Below, in pieces: positions 61,095 through 64,000 of a DNA stretch of 64,000 nt. Source of the DNA: Vicugna vicugna (lineage: Eukaryota); contig MU058793.1 of NCBI GenBank assembly GCA_013265495.1, positions 374,001 to 438,000 on the forward strand, in the 5' to 3' direction. Under the pieces are notes generated by a model. The model searched no databases and had not been told where the DNA came from. It saw only the letters and a program-made list of their open reading frames with translations. The position numbers and the translations under genes are program-made. The stretch's first letter is position 1; each line of letters starts with the position of its first letter.

Positions 61095-64000
61095 CTGGAA
61101 GGAAACAAAACAGAGATATCTTCATATTCTGTTCCCAAGTATTTCTCCTTGGAGGGAAAAAAAAAAAGAGGGATTTTGCCTGAAAACACTACATAGCTAG
61201 ACCAAATATTTATTTCTCAAATGAAAACGTCTTAAGCACAGATTTCCATATATAAAGTTTTGCTGATCATTCTGATTAAAGATTTAAGTCTCATTATCAT
61301 ATGGTTTTAATGGAGTATCAGTATTAACAGTTTTTTAATGAGTACTTAATTAACAACATCTGTCTTTGTTGTTAGTTGGAGCACCAGCGACATTAGATTT
61401 GGCTATATAACAAATTGCCACTTTATTGATATGTTAGCGAAACAGCTCAAATCGCTTACATTATCCACATGCTTCATAAAATGCTGACGATTTTGTGGCG
61501 CACACACACAACATTAATCCAGAAGTGAACATTTACACATATTTACCTTCTGCCACAATATAGAAACCAAGTAATATTAAATGTATGGTTTGCTTTTTTA
61601 ATTTCCTTATCGGTCTACTCCCAAGTGCAATGAATGCTTCTAAGGAAATTATTACTGTTTGGAATACAGCGTTTTATACAAGGATTATCAGAGCATAGAT
61701 ACCCTGGGCTTTTAATTAAACTGTAAAGAGTTATTTTCTTTTATATGAAGATTTTCATATGCATTCATCAGATCATTTTTCTACCAGTCTTCAACATTTA
61801 AAGACTATAGGATGAGCACAGGGGTATGTTGATAGAAATGTACTAATTCCACCGACATTGCTCACTTATTTATTAACCAAGTGTTATTTCTCAAGACCTA
61901 AGTGAATAATGCACTGCTTTCTTCACTGATACTCAGTGTTTCCACATAGGGCCTTGCGACGTAAATCAAGGGTGCCCTGCTGAACCACATTAACTATCTT
62001 TCTTAAAACAGAACTTGGATCTTGTGGGGAAAGGGATCAACGTTTAGAATATTATTTTTGATAGGGTGCAGGGGTTGGGGTGGACCATTCAGATTTTTTT
62101 TTATTCCTAGCTCAGAGGGTCAACGTTATAGTTCATTTATTATTAATAATATTTTTTGAAGAATGAGTTGGTGCAAGATCATTTGAATCTGCTGTAATCG
62201 GTTAAGAGAACTAATTAAGAGCTGAAAACCATCATTCTTCAAGCTATCAATGATGATATAACTTAATAACCACTTGAGAGAAAACAGAAACAAACTCAAG
62301 GGGAAAAAAAAACATGTCTTGCATACAGAACCTGTCAACTGCCATTTGTATCTTGCCAGAAATAAAGAGGTCATAAGCAATGGGAGTTTATGGCAGGACA
62401 ATCGAACATCTTGAGGTTCTTAGCAGATTCAATAGATGCAAAACATGAGAGCATAATAACATTTGAAAGCTAGAATGATATATTAGGTTTTCTGACAAAT
62501 TTATTCTAACAATGACCCCCCAAGATGTCAATTTCTTACTGTGGTACCCTGAGTTCTCAAACACAAAGGGATGAACGGGCCACGAGCGTGGCTGGCTAAT
62601 GAATGTAACCCTATGGCTGCGTTTGCCGTTGTTTTGGCACTAATGCGGTCTAGTAACAGATGCAACTGTAATTTGTGACTCATTTGCTACCCCATTACTG
62701 CTTAATGAAATCTAACATATCACATTAACAATACGGATAAACACTCATTCCTGATATGTGGCATTTGGCTGTTTTCATTACCACTGTAATTAACACTTGA
62801 AATATTATTTCAATAAATATTTAAAGTCCTTTAAAAATGGTCAGGGTAATCATGACACAGACAGAAAACATAAAGCAAATGTGTGAATTTCAAACTCAGA
62901 GTAGCCTAGTTCCCGTTGTGTTGTCTACAGGGCAACATCTATGTGAAGGCAGTTGGTTTCAGGCACGATTCTGACTTTACAGCATCAAACCTAGAGTCTT
63001 CCTGAATTAGTCTGCACTCATTAACATCTTAAAGAAAAACAAATAAATTTACTTTTAATGCAGTGATTGAGAAATTAGGCACATACTATAATGTAGTACA
63101 TTAACATTAACCTGGGCTTTATTTTTTGTTCAAGAAAAGATGTACAGTGAAGTCATTACTTAAGATTACCTCTTTAACATAAAGCATGTCTTATGCTGGG
63201 CAGTCAAAATTAAGGAGCTTTTCATTTTTATTTTTGTTAAGGAATAAAGAGAGAGAGAGAGCGCGCGAGAGAGATAATATGTCCCTCCAGTATATTTTAA
63301 GAAAAATTAATTTAAGCTAGAATTTAATATATTACTATTTCATAACCTAATAAAACAATACCATAAAATTCTATTATATTAACTAACAAAATGCTACAAG
63401 CTTAAATGACTTTTAAAGAGGCGTAATAAATTAAACATAAAGTTAAACATTTCTTAGAGAAAAGGGGAATCAAAACACTGGTTACCCGAGATTATAAAAA
63501 TAACCCAGTAAGGTATCAACCAAAAAAGACATTGACTTTTGCAACTAAGCCTTGTGACCAATATCAGGTTAATCAGTTAGAGTTTATACGATTACTTTTT
63601 ACAGATACTGACTTTTCAGTGTTTACCTTGAGCATGTTAAAGTAGTATGTACATGGTTAAATACCATCTGTACTGAAATGTTCAAAACATTTGTTCCTTT
63701 TGATAAAAATGCAAATCTGGAGAACTGTTGTATCAACATATAACAGCCAATGTCTGACACGGTGAATTATCACAGCTGGAATTAAATTGTCTCTGAACAG
63801 CTGCTGGCAGTAGAGCTTTCATCAATGTTTGATTCAAATGTAGGGAAAAAAATCCTACAGAATGAAACATCATGTTGTCCTTACAGATGGGGTTTGTGCT
63901 CATTATCACAAACAACACAGCAGCCAGTGCCAAACAATATTCTCTTATCTGGGCAGTCTTCTTGGTTTGAGAGATGACGGTCACTGCAGAAATGATTAAT

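Noticed and set aside
61095..64000. Search for TOX3 exon 2 (FGNNNNYMNM...)
   Set aside because: No matching sequence was found, so it is presumably beyond the window edge.

Overview
Mammalian genomic DNA, probably from a camelid (inferred from two tRNA-derived SINEs of the camelid Vic-1 type). The right half holds the 3' part of TOX3 on the minus strand. Five phase-0 coding exons (60840-61094, 47516-47785, 43243-43470, 41620-41700, 36853-37575) have GT-AG boundaries and encode 518 aa, including the basic NLS, the HMG box and the Gln-rich tail. The 3'UTR has two candidate poly(A) sites, near 35.7 kb and 34.06 kb. Exons 1-2 lie beyond the right edge. The left ~34 kb is intergenic and filled with L1, L2, MIR, MaLR/ERVL LTRs, hAT MITEs and a ~3.4 kb decayed ERV1-type element with no visible 5' LTR. 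I found no convincing new biological system. The most interesting signals are a NAGNAG acceptor, a 5' splice site rebuilt at the exon 5/6 junction, an apparent lineage-specific 12-bp microhomology deletion in TOX3, poly(A)-choice-dependent miRNA sites, the ERV with its CpG-rich 21-bp repeat, young L1 insertions with perfect target-site duplications (TSDs), and a possible RTE-type LINE fossil. Repeat family names and comparisons with human TOX3 come from recall, not from a search.
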